Assembly: GCA_965644265.1 (NCBI GenBank)
Contig: OZ286470.1
Span: 32,054,001-32,118,000 of the forward strand
Length of the DNA stretch: 64,000 nt
DNA from: Glycera tridactyla
Taxonomy: Eukaryota
Reading direction: 5' to 3'
Numbering within the stretch: position 1 is the first letter of the stretch; each line of letters starts with the position of its first letter. This document shows positions 24,957 through 35,990 of the stretch, one piece after another. The notes beneath the pieces are model-generated. The model worked only from the letters and a program-made list of their open reading frames with translations, was not told where the DNA came from and did not search any database. The position numbers and the translations under genes are program-made.

Positions 24957-27391
24957 CAGTTTCCGCCTATCTTGTTCAAAATATCGAAAGCGTTGGAGAG
25001 AGGTAACGAACCAGTTGTCGACTTCTCATTTGCAGAGTTCACGCGTGCTGACCTAGATGGGGTGATGTAAGCGCCACCCCCGGATTCCGCGTCACTTCTA
25101 GAAACTAATGATTCCTTGCTACTTCCGTCAGAGGCAGCTCGACATGCGTGAGTTTTTTTTTCAGTCGCGGTATTTAGCCATTTCTGAAAGAAATCGCTCA
25201 TCTTCGGGTTGTTATCAACTTTAGTCATATTTTCTTGACTCTGCATATCTGTCGGCTGTGAGTTTTTTGGAGTTTCAGAGGTTTGTCGTGGTTTTCGTTG
25301 CCTTTCGAATCTGGATTTAAAAGGGTTTTTAAAAGGGTTTTTGTACTGAGGGCCAACCATTTCGTTTTGTTTTGGAACATTGTATGTGTTCTCATTTAGT
25401 TCAGGAACCCCCTTGTTCGTGACCGATGTCCTATCTTTTGGCAGACCATTTTCCCTCGGGGCCTGACCCAGATTACATAGGTCTGAAAGTTTTTTTGTAG
25501 AAAAAATTGGGATCTTGTCTTTCATTCTGTCTTTAGCTGCGTAAATTTTCCCATCACGGGTCCAGACATGTTCCAACTTCCCTTCTTTTCTTGCTGCTTT
25601 TGCTTTAAGGAAAATTTCATTTTCTCTTTCCGTTAGATGTTCTCGAAAGAAAATTGGAGAATTTCTGATATTAATTTTACAGACAAATAGATCTCTCCTC
25701 CAGTTTGCATGAATGAACCGTACTTTGATTGGCCGAGGCTTCCCCTCTTTACTTGGAGGACCAAAACGTGAAATCTGCACAATGTCACTCTTTTTTATGC
25801 CCAACTTGGTACGCTCATTAATGAGAGTAATTACCTGATCAATCAGTGTTGTGTCTTTGACAAAGGGCAAACCTTCAATGACAATAGTACTAAGACGATC
25901 ATTTTTTTCAAGGACATCCACCTTACCCTCGCATTTGCCAGTCCTGTCACCAATTGCACCAATCGACTCTTTATTTTCTGTAACACGATGTTCAATTGCT
26001 CCTAAGGTCGTCGCAAGTGCTGTTACTTTCTCTAGCAATTCTCTGGTCGGTGGACTCGTATCCCTGTCTTTAATCTCCTCTCGAATTTCCTCTACGAGTT
26101 TAGACAGTCGTGTATCCGACGATTTCAGTTTCTGATCATGGTTGTCTATGATTCTTGCCATATCATCTAAACACTTCATGATACTATTGTTAGTTTCCGC
26201 ATCAAGTTTTGCTGCAGAGTCAATAGCATCTTCCACGAAATTTTCGACACTCTCTTGCCACCCCTCTTTAAATGACTCCAGTTCATCTGATATTCTCGTA
26301 GTCACAGCATCTTCAATATAGTTCGCACACGTGGTCTTAACGGCAGTGTCTAGTACATCATCCATCGATTTCAATTTATGATCTACTGAGTCTTGGATGC
26401 ACAGGGATTCACATTGAATCATAGGTGGTACATTTTCGTTAACATATATAGCACATGTCTCCCGAGCAATATCACGCATTACTTCTTGGCTTCCATTGAA
26501 GGGAATTATTTCGTCCGTAAGTTGCTCTTTGACGATCTGACTCATCATTGTTTTGAATCCAGATGTCGAGGTGATTGTTTTCATCTCATCCCTGATTAAT
26601 TGTCGTACACTCTCAGTTCCCTCATTTCCAGTTTTTGCTGCTGCACTTGGTCTAATACTTGCGATTTTGTCAAGGTGTTCAAATGATTCGATGTCTGAGT
26701 TACGCAATTTCAGTGACAGATCACTTTCATTTGGTATATGAGTCGATGAGCACGGTGGACTGTGCATGTCTACTAGCAGATCACCAGGTACGTTTCGACA
26801 TGCATCGTCGAACACGAGTACAGTTTCACACACATTGGTATTAACACGAGACACTGTGTCTACTGGTAAAATCCCTCTATCAGCAGCAATAATGTCAGAT
26901 GAGTTATGGTGAAAGGACCCCGAGCTAGAATCTAGCTGTTCCTTTATTTGAGCTTGCTCGTTTTGTAGATTGTTTATGTCTCTCCCTGACTGCGATGATT
27001 TAGCACATACCTCAGATTTCGAGAGACCACCCTCACAATGCGACCCGGCAGAATCGTTTATCAGATCTACAGACGATTCTTCAACACTGATTGAATTCGA
27101 ATCAGATTTATCCACTTGATCTGACTCTTTAACACATGGGGGCTCTTTTGACTCGATTGATTGTATTGGCTTTTTCTGGGGAGATGTAGTAGATGACAGT
27201 ACTTCACCGTGTTTTGTGGTTAGCAGGTCCTCTTGCCTATTCACGACGGCCATTTTGGTACGTTCCGTCAACCGCGTCGACCTAGTATGTCTGCTAGTTA
27301 TATCCTCATTGTAATCTCCCAAAGCATGTAGACTTTCTTCCAACTTTTTCCTGACTCGTTTGGCCTTCTTCTTGGCAGATTTCGATGACAT
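24956..27391 (-). CDS. LINE ORF1p, 811 aa; coiled coil plus L1-type RRM and CTD (transposase_22-like)
   Basis: Heptad-rich segment followed by RLSTIVIEGLP...ISRFG...KPRPIKVRF...IFFREHLT...VWTRDGKIY, a motif series typical of L1-type ORF1 in CR1/L2 elements. Confidence 0.85.
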   Translation of the reverse strand: MSSKSAKKKAKRVRKKLEESLHALGDYNEDITSRHTRSTRLTERTKMAVVNRQEDLLTTKHGEVLSSTTSPQKKPIQSIESKEPPCVKESDQVDKSDSNSISVEESSVDLINDSAGSHCEGGLSKSEVCAKSSQSGRDINNLQNEQAQIKEQLDSSSGSFHHNSSDIIAADRGILPVDTVSRVNTNVCETVLVFDDACRNVPGDLLVDMHSPPCSSTHIPNESDLSLKLRNSDIESFEHLDKIASIRPSAAAKTGNEGTESVRQLIRDEMKTITSTSGFKTMMSQIVKEQLTDEIIPFNGSQEVMRDIARETCAIYVNENVPPMIQCESLCIQDSVDHKLKSMDDVLDTAVKTTCANYIEDAVTTRISDELESFKEGWQESVENFVEDAIDSAAKLDAETNNSIMKCLDDMARIIDNHDQKLKSSDTRLSKLVEEIREEIKDRDTSPPTRELLEKVTALATTLGAIEHRVTENKESIGAIGDRTGKCEGKVDVLEKNDRLSTIVIEGLPFVKDTTLIDQVITLINERTKLGIKKSDIVQISRFGPPSKEGKPRPIKVRFIHANWRRDLFVCKINIRNSPIFFREHLTERENEIFLKAKAARKEGKLEHVWTRDGKIYAAKDRMKDKIPIFSTKKLSDLCNLGQAPRENGLPKDRTSVTNKGVPELNENTYNVPKQNEMVGPQYKNPFKNPFKSRFERQRKPRQTSETPKNSQPTDMQSQENMTKVDNNPKMSDFFQKWLNTATEKKTHACRAASDGSSKESLVSRSDAESGGGAYITPSRSARVNSANEKSTTGSLPLSNAFDILNKIGGN

Positions 27392-27414
27392 TATGTTCGT
27401 ATATCTCCAAATAT

Positions 27415-27508
27415 TAGCGATAAGTCCCCTCCGATCTTCTATGTACGTCTACTCCTCACGCATGCTAGCGATAAGTCCCCTCCGATCTTCTATGTACGTC
27501 TACTCCTC
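27415..27508. repeat. Perfect 43-bp direct repeat (2 copies, period 51) in the LINE 5' UTR
   Basis: tagcgataagtcccctccgatcttctatgtacgtctactcctc at 27415-27457 and 27466-27508. Confidence 0.95.
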
Positions 27509-28190
27509 CAATCCATACCACCAGTTACTGTACCACAAAATCAGGTTTTATCACCGGTATTAATCCATGCGTAACACAAGATCTGACCCACAATCCTATG
27601 ACTGGGTCTCACTTTGATTGCTGTCAGACTTCAATTATTGGACATATGATAGTGGCATTCAATTGAATTGTCAATAAGTTAAAGAGATCACCATGAGGTA
27701 ATATTGATATGTCTATAGATACAAATCTGGCGAAATCTGTGACCTTATTTTTCTTATAATTTCTGTATATTCTATAAATGTATGATCACAAGTGTGATTG
27801 CCCTCGCCCGACAGATGACATGAGCATTTCATTTCAATTGGGGTGTGTAAGTGTTGTTCTTGTCGAGTGAGACATGTACTGAGCCCAGTGGAATGACCTC
27901 AGTGGTATTGTAATCTTTCATGTGATGATTCCATCATAAATACACAGCTTAGACCGTATTAGCTGCCTTACATGGTTTTTCTCACAAACTCCATTCGAAA
28001 ACTTACTCTGTGGACCAAAATGGTTCAATACACGTGGTCAACATTGTATTTGTCATGGACACTTTAATCTGTATCAGAATTCATCTTGCATGATTATATG
28101 ACACAACTATCAACTGAATGCTGTGCTACGCAATATATATCAGTCTTCATGGATGTCTCATCTTCACAAAATCGATCAGCATGGGTTACT

Positions 28191-28434
28191 GATAAGTGTG
28201 TTCCCATAGGTTGATTGTCACACCCGATTTCTTCTACAACTAGTTGTGTACGGCAACATACCATTCGTGTACCTGGAAATCCTAATTGCCACAGTACTGA
28301 CACAACATTTATTCACTGACAAGTGTGTTCTCATAGATTGATTGTCCGACCCGATATGGTCTACAACTAGTTGTGTCCAGCAACATACCACTCATGTACC
28401 TGGATGTCCTAATTGTCACAGTACTGACACAACT
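28191..28434. repeat. 127-bp-period tandem duplication (2 diverged copies)
   Basis: Units start at 28191 and 28318 and share tacaactagttgtgt...cagtactgacacaac. Confidence 0.88.
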
Positions 28435-30238
28435 TAGGCCACGGATAGACCCAATATATCACCCAGCATATACGGACATAATTGTATGTCCAGTCCCCAT
28501 TCTCTCTAATGCAGTAGGATATAGTACTTCTCCCGACCGAAATTCCCTTCAATTGAAATCAACTGCTTCAGGGGTTAAGGCAAAATTCATTGTCTATCTT
28601 TGTGTAGCTGATCGTACATGCATCATGTGTTCTTGGCATACTATACCACTATGCTATGACACCTCTCAAGATGGCAGTGATAAGCCGAAATAAGCAAGGC
28701 TTATCAGATTGACGACTGATAGGATTTCTGCCACCTAATCAGAAAGAGGCGCCGGCAATGAGCACTCAATTCTCGTTCTATCTCGTCCTGGTCACGTGCT
28801 TACAGTGTGCAAGTACACTATTAATCACCCGATCATGACACAAGCTCTCTAGTCAATACTATATGGATGTGGATACCATTCAAGTAGCATGCACTCAGAA
28901 GTTTACATTGTATCGATATGGTATACGGCAACATCATCAAAAAGACTCCCATCATCAATAAGTTATGATTCTTGAAGTTGCTATTACCTATATCCACAAA
29001 ACCTGGGTATCGTGATCGCTTTAGAACAAAACTAGTATAGTGGAAAGATACTCTATGAGGGATCTGGAATAATTTCAAAGAGTACTACGGGCCCTTCAAT
29101 CTCAAATCCAGCATTGGTATCTCATACCTTTGCTAATGTTCATATTGAGTCATCTTCCTGCCATCCCTCTCCGGTCGGGGACCAAGAGAAAGAAGTCATC
29201 CCTTCCCATGCCTATTGCAGCTTAGGTGTCATTATTGACAGTCAATCAGAATCCCTTATCCTAATTTGGATATGTGTAAAATACTGGGAGATCTAACGGA
29301 AGCAAAGCACTTCTAGGATTCGACTGATATTTCTCATAATCAATGGTAATACTCCTCGCAAGTGAGAAAATTAGTCCTCTCTGATCACTGATTAGATACG
29401 GTAACGGAGGTATAGCCAGAATTTTCTGCATGAAAGTGATACCAACTCAAGAATTTGCTCCTCTCCACTAACCCAAGTCAACTACTATATTCGTGAACTG
29501 AAGAAAAGAATGAAGGTTCAATTATGCTGCTGTAACACATTGGTGGAAAAGGTATAGCTGTTTCAATATGATTCGAACAAAGCAGGTATATTTTCCTTCA
29601 CTAATTTTGTTTTCTATATTGATCATGTCAATCAAAATCTCAGGTTTGCAAGTAATACATTTATCTAAATCTCCAATTCATTCATTGAAACTTCTGATCG
29701 ACTGATCAATGAAAGAATTAAGTTGCTGTGATGTATTGCTGTGAAAAGTTATCAAATGGTACAAACCAAAGACAGCTAAACATGACTTGATCGACGCACC
29801 AATTTCTTATATCTATTCATATGCCTGACACACACTGCTAATAGATAATTCCCTCGTTTGGGCCGTGCATACAGAAAGTTGGTATTCATATCAGCGCACA
29901 GAATCGGCTTCAGACAATTTAGCAGTGACTTCCCTCATAAATGATGCTGACCGATGCTGTCCCAGCCAGACCACTGGTGACAATATCCTTAATACACCTG
30001 TCTGCACACATTATCGTCACCATGACAACCAATTGATACATCAGTCAAGACCACTGCGCTGTCCAAGGCACCTAACGAATACAGGATGACAATCTACCAT
30101 AGGATAGACTGCCTCATCTTCAAGTGAGTACCATTAACTGGTTCCATTTTTCACCCTTCCGATGTTACATTCAGAACACATGCCTATCATATCCAATCCA
30201 ACAAAAAATGATTTTTGGGCTAATAGTACAGTTTCCAG

Positions 30239-30328
30239 GAATTCGTTGATATAGGGTTGGTTTTGGAAGAATTTGGCAATATAGGGTAAGTTTTGCAAGA
30301 ATTCGTTAATATAGGGTCGGTTTTGGGC
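30239..30328. repeat. 30-bp tandem repeat, 3 copies
   Basis: gaattcgttgatatagggttggttttggaa-like units at 30239, 30269 and 30299. Confidence 0.85.
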
Positions 30329-31597
30329 ATACAGTCTACGTTCACTCCATTTGAATTCGGTGAATCTATCCTTGTTGAAATATTTCCTGGGCCCGTTGGA
30401 TGATTAGCAACATGGAGCTCTGAATCATTGGCAGGGCAACTTGAATGAAATGTTCATACTATCTAATCGTATTTTACCCATTTTTGATATTAAATCGTTC
30501 ATTCATTACTGCTATTCATTTCGGAATGAAAGGCAATGAAGTATTCTCCATCACAAAATATGTTTCATGAAATATATCCACAACCTAGAATTCATGGCGA
30601 TCGCGAATTTTCAGTTTGACTCATCCACATCAAAACAATCAGATCAACTTTTGCAAGATCATTTCCATGTCAACATGTCAAAGATGGTGCCCACCAATTG
30701 AGTTCCAGAATGAATTTCAAAATAATCCTGGTGCATCCATGATTGGGTCATATTTCGTCCACCTTTCCTGAANNNNNNNNNNNNNNNNNNNNNNNNNNNN
30801 NNNNNNNNNNNNNNNNNNNNNNNNNNNNNNNNNNNNNNNNNNNNNNNNNNNNNNNNNNNNNNNNNNNNNNNNNNNNNNNNNNNNNNNNNNNNNNNNNNNN
30901 NNNNNNNNNNNNNNNNNNNNNNNNNNNNNNNNNNNNNNNNNNNNNNNNNNNNNNNNNNNNNNNNNNNNNNNCGTTATATGATGATAATGTGATAAGGAAC
31001 AGATTCGGAAAATCTGTGATATTTGCAGAGCTGCCTGTACTCGATAGGAGGCAGGGAATACTATGGTTCTGATGTCAGAAAGAGGCCACTCCTATATGCA
31101 ATATTTCTGTCATTTCCATGACATATCACCTTCAAAGAAGAGAATCAAGTGGAACTCGGAGGAATGTCTTCCTAAACAGATTTGGAGATGGCCTTATGAG
31201 GTAGCGCCTCGTTTGCAGAGGTTGGATCATAATTATGATGGAAGGTGTTCATTCGCGAGAAGAGCCAGCCTATTCAGACATACCTACATCCTACAAATCA
31301 AGATGGATGACTGCTTCAGGAGAAGATGGAGGGAGGCAGAGGCCGGTTGCCATGTAGCTGCTATGGTAATTTGAGTTCGTAAAATACAGCAAATCTACTT
31401 AGAGTATGGACCCCGCACTGCCTGAGATCAATAACAGGCGGCTAAACAAGGTTATAGGACGTGACCATATTCTGCAAGGGGGCGCAAATTTGACACTTGT
31501 CGTACTCCTCTGCATAATCCTGCACTAGCTTTTGCTACATCGTCCAAAAATCAGTGTCGGATACTAGTTCTCGTGAGATTGCTGCTAATTTGCATAA

Positions 31598-32312
31598 TGA
31601 CACGATGGGTCAATCTTTTGACACGATGGGTCAATCTTTTGACACGATGGGTCAATCTTTTGACACGATGGGTCAATCTTTCAACACGATGGGTCAATCT
31701 TTTGTCACGATGGGTCAATCTCTTGTCATGATGGGTCAATCATTTGACACGATGGGTCAATCTTTTGACACGATGGATCAATCTCTTGACACGATGGGTC
31801 AATCTTTTGACATGATGGGTCAATCTCTTGACACGATGGGTCAATCTTTTGACACGATGGATCAATCTCTTGACACGATGGGTCAATCTTTTGTCACGAT
31901 GGGTCAATCTTATCACACAATGGGTCAATCTCTAGACACGATGGATCAATCTTTTGACACGATGGGTCAATCTTTTGACATGATGGGTCAATCTCTTGAC
32001 ACGATGGGTCAATCTTTTGACACGATGGGTCAATCTTTCGACACGATGGGTCAATCTTTTGACACGATGAGTCAATCTTATCACACGATGGGACAATCTT
32101 TTGACACGATGGGTCAATCTTTTGACACGATGGGTCAATTTTTTGACACGATGGGTCAATCTTTCGACGCGATGGGTCAATCTTTTGACGCGATGGGTCA
32201 ATCTTTTGATGCGATGGGTTAATCGTTTGACGCGATGGGTCAATCTTTTGTCACGATGGGTCAATCTCTTGACACGATGGGTCAATCTTTCAACACGATG
32301 GGTCAATCTTTT
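31598..32312. repeat. 21-bp minisatellite, about 34 copies (tgacacgatgggtcaatcttt)
   Basis: Tandem array seen directly; it produces the spurious DTMGQSF and THRVKRL repeat ORFs. Confidence 0.97.
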
Positions 32313-35277
32313 GTCGTTGTATATGGACTTTGGGGGATTGCATTATGCAGACCATTACAGTGCATGGTGAGATTTACTGCAGACTCCACAACCATTGCTC
32401 TTTGAGTCCTCTCATCATGATAAACAGTGAAAAACAAAATGTATATATCTTTTGGTCTCACAGGAAATAAGAAATTGTAAATCTTCGAATTCTGCAGGAT
32501 TGTTGGGATAAAGCATAAGGAAGTGAGTCACTTCATTTATTGAATAGCTGAGTAGATGGGTAAAAAAAAGCTGAGTAGATAATTTGTTGGATGGGTCGAG
32601 TCTGATGGCATGTAACCACTCTCACAATGTATAAGTACAGGATGATGGGGAACCTAGAAGGTTATCAAGTGGGAGTAGTTGGCAGTTCAGACACACCTCT
32701 ACACACCCATCATGAGCCTGGATGAACCTATTGATGACATATTTAATCATGTGACTAGCTGGAAGCTGACACTCATGCCTATAAGGGCAGAGCACAGAAC
32801 CTGATACAGAAGAAAGCACAATGTTTAAAGAATGGCTAACCAATGAACTGTCAGCTGAAGAAGGAATCACGAATCAAGCGCTCAGTGAGTCATAAAAATG
32901 AGTCACACACCATCTGCATTTCTCCAGCAGAGGTGAATATCTGAATTGCTCACTTCATATCTATCCCTTAACTGATATCTTGATGGTTTCTTTATTTCAT
33001 ATCACATCACATTCTGTCAATCTTCAGGATGCTCAATGACCACTGGATGGCCACCGAATGTGCCCCCTCTCTTAAGCCAAAGCTATTCCAGCATACTATT
33101 CATCATCTGCAAGTCTACCAATCATCTTGGCTGCCTGGCCTTTCACAGAGATATGTAACAGGATTCGTATTGGGAAGCGATAGAAGGAAGTGATCCAAAA
33201 TAAACTTTCCTCAGTTTGCCAATCAGAGCAATTGCTCTCCTGCTGGGCTGGGTGACAGAGCATCCAATCTGTTGGGAGAACACTGAAGAATCCCGTGAAC
33301 TCATTGATTTCAATAGCATGACTCGGGTAGATACTTGAACCAGGGACAAATGCACATAACAGAGATCGTTCAGTGCCAATCAAGCATCTAAATTGAAATC
33401 ATTACATTCCTGATACTATCTTCATCCCAAAATTCTTGACAAATTATTTCTTTCCAATCCCCAACTGTTACAACTTCACATATCAAGGCCAATTCGTTCG
33501 TAACCTGATAATACGAAAATAATAGGATGATACTGGAGACTGTATTCGCGAAAATTATTGTATCCAGAACTGTAAATCATCTATTTCATTCTATATTGGA
33601 CCATGTTATATGATATACTAGATGTGTATGATACGGACTCTCCCAGGTTCCCCTATTATCATATGACCTATGGCCTCCATCGTGCCCTCTACATCAACTC
33701 TAAAGTACACAACCATTTCTTTTTATTGTATACATGTATCATATCCATCCATCGTCGCCTTCATCACAGGGAACATGTACAGGTATATCATGCTAATGTA
33801 TTCTCAAGATGAACCAAATTTATGACTTGTAACTGATCTTGTATCTATGTAAATCCAATACCCATCTGGGTAGTAAAAAAAGGGCTCCGCACCACTGCTC
33901 TTCCTGTTGTTGTTAAATATGTATTCCATACACACCCAGAACAGACCTCACATTCACACAATGATAGAAACATGTGAACTTACCTGAGGGTTACTGGGTA
34001 AGGTGAGCATCTCCAGGGAAGAGGGTCGCAACGCAGGCCTGGGTGGGTGAGGGGGTGGATGAGAAACCTAGCACAGGGGACCGCCTGGGGTGGGCGGAAT
34101 ATAGCTCCACAAAATGTACGGTCTGACGGACACTGTGCACGACCCCAGACAACAGAGACCCGGATATGCGAACGGGATACCAAAATATCAACAAATCTTT
34201 ACATACACTGTGTCCATCATCAGATGGTAAGGGGGCGTGATCAAACTAGGACGAGAAAGATATCGAACCAAGAAAATATTGGTCAATTGAAAGTAAATGA
34301 CGAGAGGTGACAGGGAGAAGATAACCAAATGATATGTTTGTAAAGATGTTGGTGATGATGTTGGTGGTGGTTGGGATCATAGTCAAGGTATATAGCAGTG
34401 ATGGCAGAGGTAGTGACCAGGTATTGATCTGTGGTCATGGTAATCTTGGTGCTAGTGGTGGTGCAGGTGATAGGGATGTCTAGGTAGTGGTCGGGTTGAA
34501 GCTAACGTGGACAGCTATCAGCTGTGATGTTCTGAAAGTATGTGGTACCTGAGACATACCAAAGTGACACTGAGTATAACAGAGGTCGAGTATAAAGCTG
34601 AAAAATAATATCTGCTGAGTATCAATCAAACACCTCATAATGTCAGACTAGCTTCTTCCATCTTGAACGAACACTGCCATATTTTATACAAGAGTAGTCA
34701 ATAAAGTATAGCAGTTGTCCTTTCTGTAGATTATCCTCACTCAACTGCTCACAGGACAAGGGCATCATGGAAATCAAGCAATTGGTGGTGTTGAGAATAG
34801 GACAGAAAACGGAGAATCATATATCTGTGTGTGTGTATTTGAATGGAGGTTTGTGTGTGTATGTGTGTGTGTATGTGTGTGTATGAATTCTTGATGTGAC
34901 GAAATTCAGCCAGTCCATGTGCCATTCCATTTTGGATGGAGTAAATTGTGTGCAGCACTGCTGGTCACCTCACACTCTAACACAAAAAATGTGATCGAAC
35001 AATTTGCTGATCAAGAAATGCAAAATGCCCTTCAAATATGAGAGTTTTGATCATGGATCATAATGAATACCAGAATTTGATGAAAGCCATATCCGAGCAA
35101 ATTCTCTGAAATTAACTTATCTGAATAGTCTCAGATTGCTTTTTCAGTAAATATTTTTTCTATCGGTTCATGGCTACAATGATATCTTTGGGTGATAGGA
35201 GAGTCTAGGGCATAATTTGATCGAATGGTACCTGCAACAATCTGATTCCCGGGACATGATACTCGAGGCAACCAATA

Positions 35278-35490
35278 GGCTTATTCGACTGGGCGGTTTC
35301 ATTGAAAGTGCTTTGACGGAAATGTACTCAACGATAGTAGTCCAGCCTAATAGGTCTCGTTCAACAAGTTCAACGCAGTCGAATGACAGTTGAGATCGTA
35401 CACAACGAAAAATTGTTAAGCGACCACCCGAATACGAAACGTAGTCAATGCACCGGCCGTACTCAATGAAACCGACCAGTCGAATAGGCC
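35278..35490. mobile_element. MITE with ~30-bp terminal inverted repeats and a possible TA TSD
   Basis: Left ggcttattcgactgggcggtttcattga versus right tcaatgaaaccgaccagtcgaataggcc; TA on both sides. Confidence 0.75.
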
Positions 35491-35808
35491 TATTGTCAAC
35501 CAGCTAAAGTGAAGTGAAAAGCAAACAGAAGCTGTGAATGATCACTTGCTCAATAGAAATACACAAGCAACATTCTGGTCCAATGATTTTTGTGAACTTC
35601 CTTGACCCAAGGGACAACATCACGCTGTTTCAGGATACAATCCCATGGAGAATACTTTTATGATGATACTGAGGTGGAAGGCAGTATGTGAGTATTTCTG
35701 TACCAGCAGGAATTGAAACATATCATTCCAAATTCATTCCTATCATAAGAGTTTTATCATGTTATGATGGGAGCCGATATGATGCACTCAAGCATTAGAA
35801 ATTGGGAA

Positions 35809-35990
35809 AAAAAATGAAATGTTAAGGTTTTAGGTCCATTTTCCACACTTGAGTAGGCTAAATCAGACCACCTGCCAAGGAGGAGCGAAGATGAAGGGTG
35901 AAACATTCCTGCATGGTAGGACCGGGGATTGAACCCCAGACCCATTGCACGCCGGCCCAGCATGCTACCACTGAGCCACCAAGGCAGGCT
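35809..35990 (-). mobile_element. tRNA-derived SINE, copy 1
   Basis: A box GGTGGCTCAGTGG and B box GGTTCAATCCC. 14-bp TSD ttagaaattgggaa at 35795-35808 and 35991-36004. Confidence 0.9.

Larger units (their letters stand above)
19674..27630 (-). mobile_element. Apparently full-length CR1/L2-group non-LTR retrotransposon with three long ORFs (5' boundary approximate)
   Basis: Intact ORF1, esterase ORF and APE-RT ORF on one strand. The 3' end has AATAAA (19707-19702) followed by an AAATC-type tandem tail. No TSD found, which is usual for CR1/L2. Confidence 0.9.

Noticed and set aside
23760-25050. Calicivirus-type TURBS (UGGGA) just upstream of the stop-start sites, and a 2A/StopGo DxExNPGP motif before the endonuclease
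   Set aside because: I looked for both near the junctions and found neither.
20311-26844. Short plus-strand ORFs inside the LINE
   Set aside because: Antisense shadows of the long minus-strand ORFs with no motifs.
28007-28007. Single-nucleotide exon candidate (cag|A|gtaagt; similarly tag|G|gtaatt at 7144) that would fix the phase 2-to-0 gap
   Set aside because: Two independent occurrences suggest such motifs arise by chance in a long intron; untestable without cDNA.
31554-32222. 222-aa DTMGQSF repeat protein
   Set aside because: The unit length is a multiple of 3 and frames are open on both strands, with no unique domain or splice support. Best explained as a minisatellite.
33984-34067. 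GC-rich 84-nt exon-like segment (VSHPPPHPPRPALRPSSLEMLTLPSNPQ) with a strong donor
   Set aside because: Weak acceptor, and a Pro-rich sequence that does not fit the tetraspanin loop.
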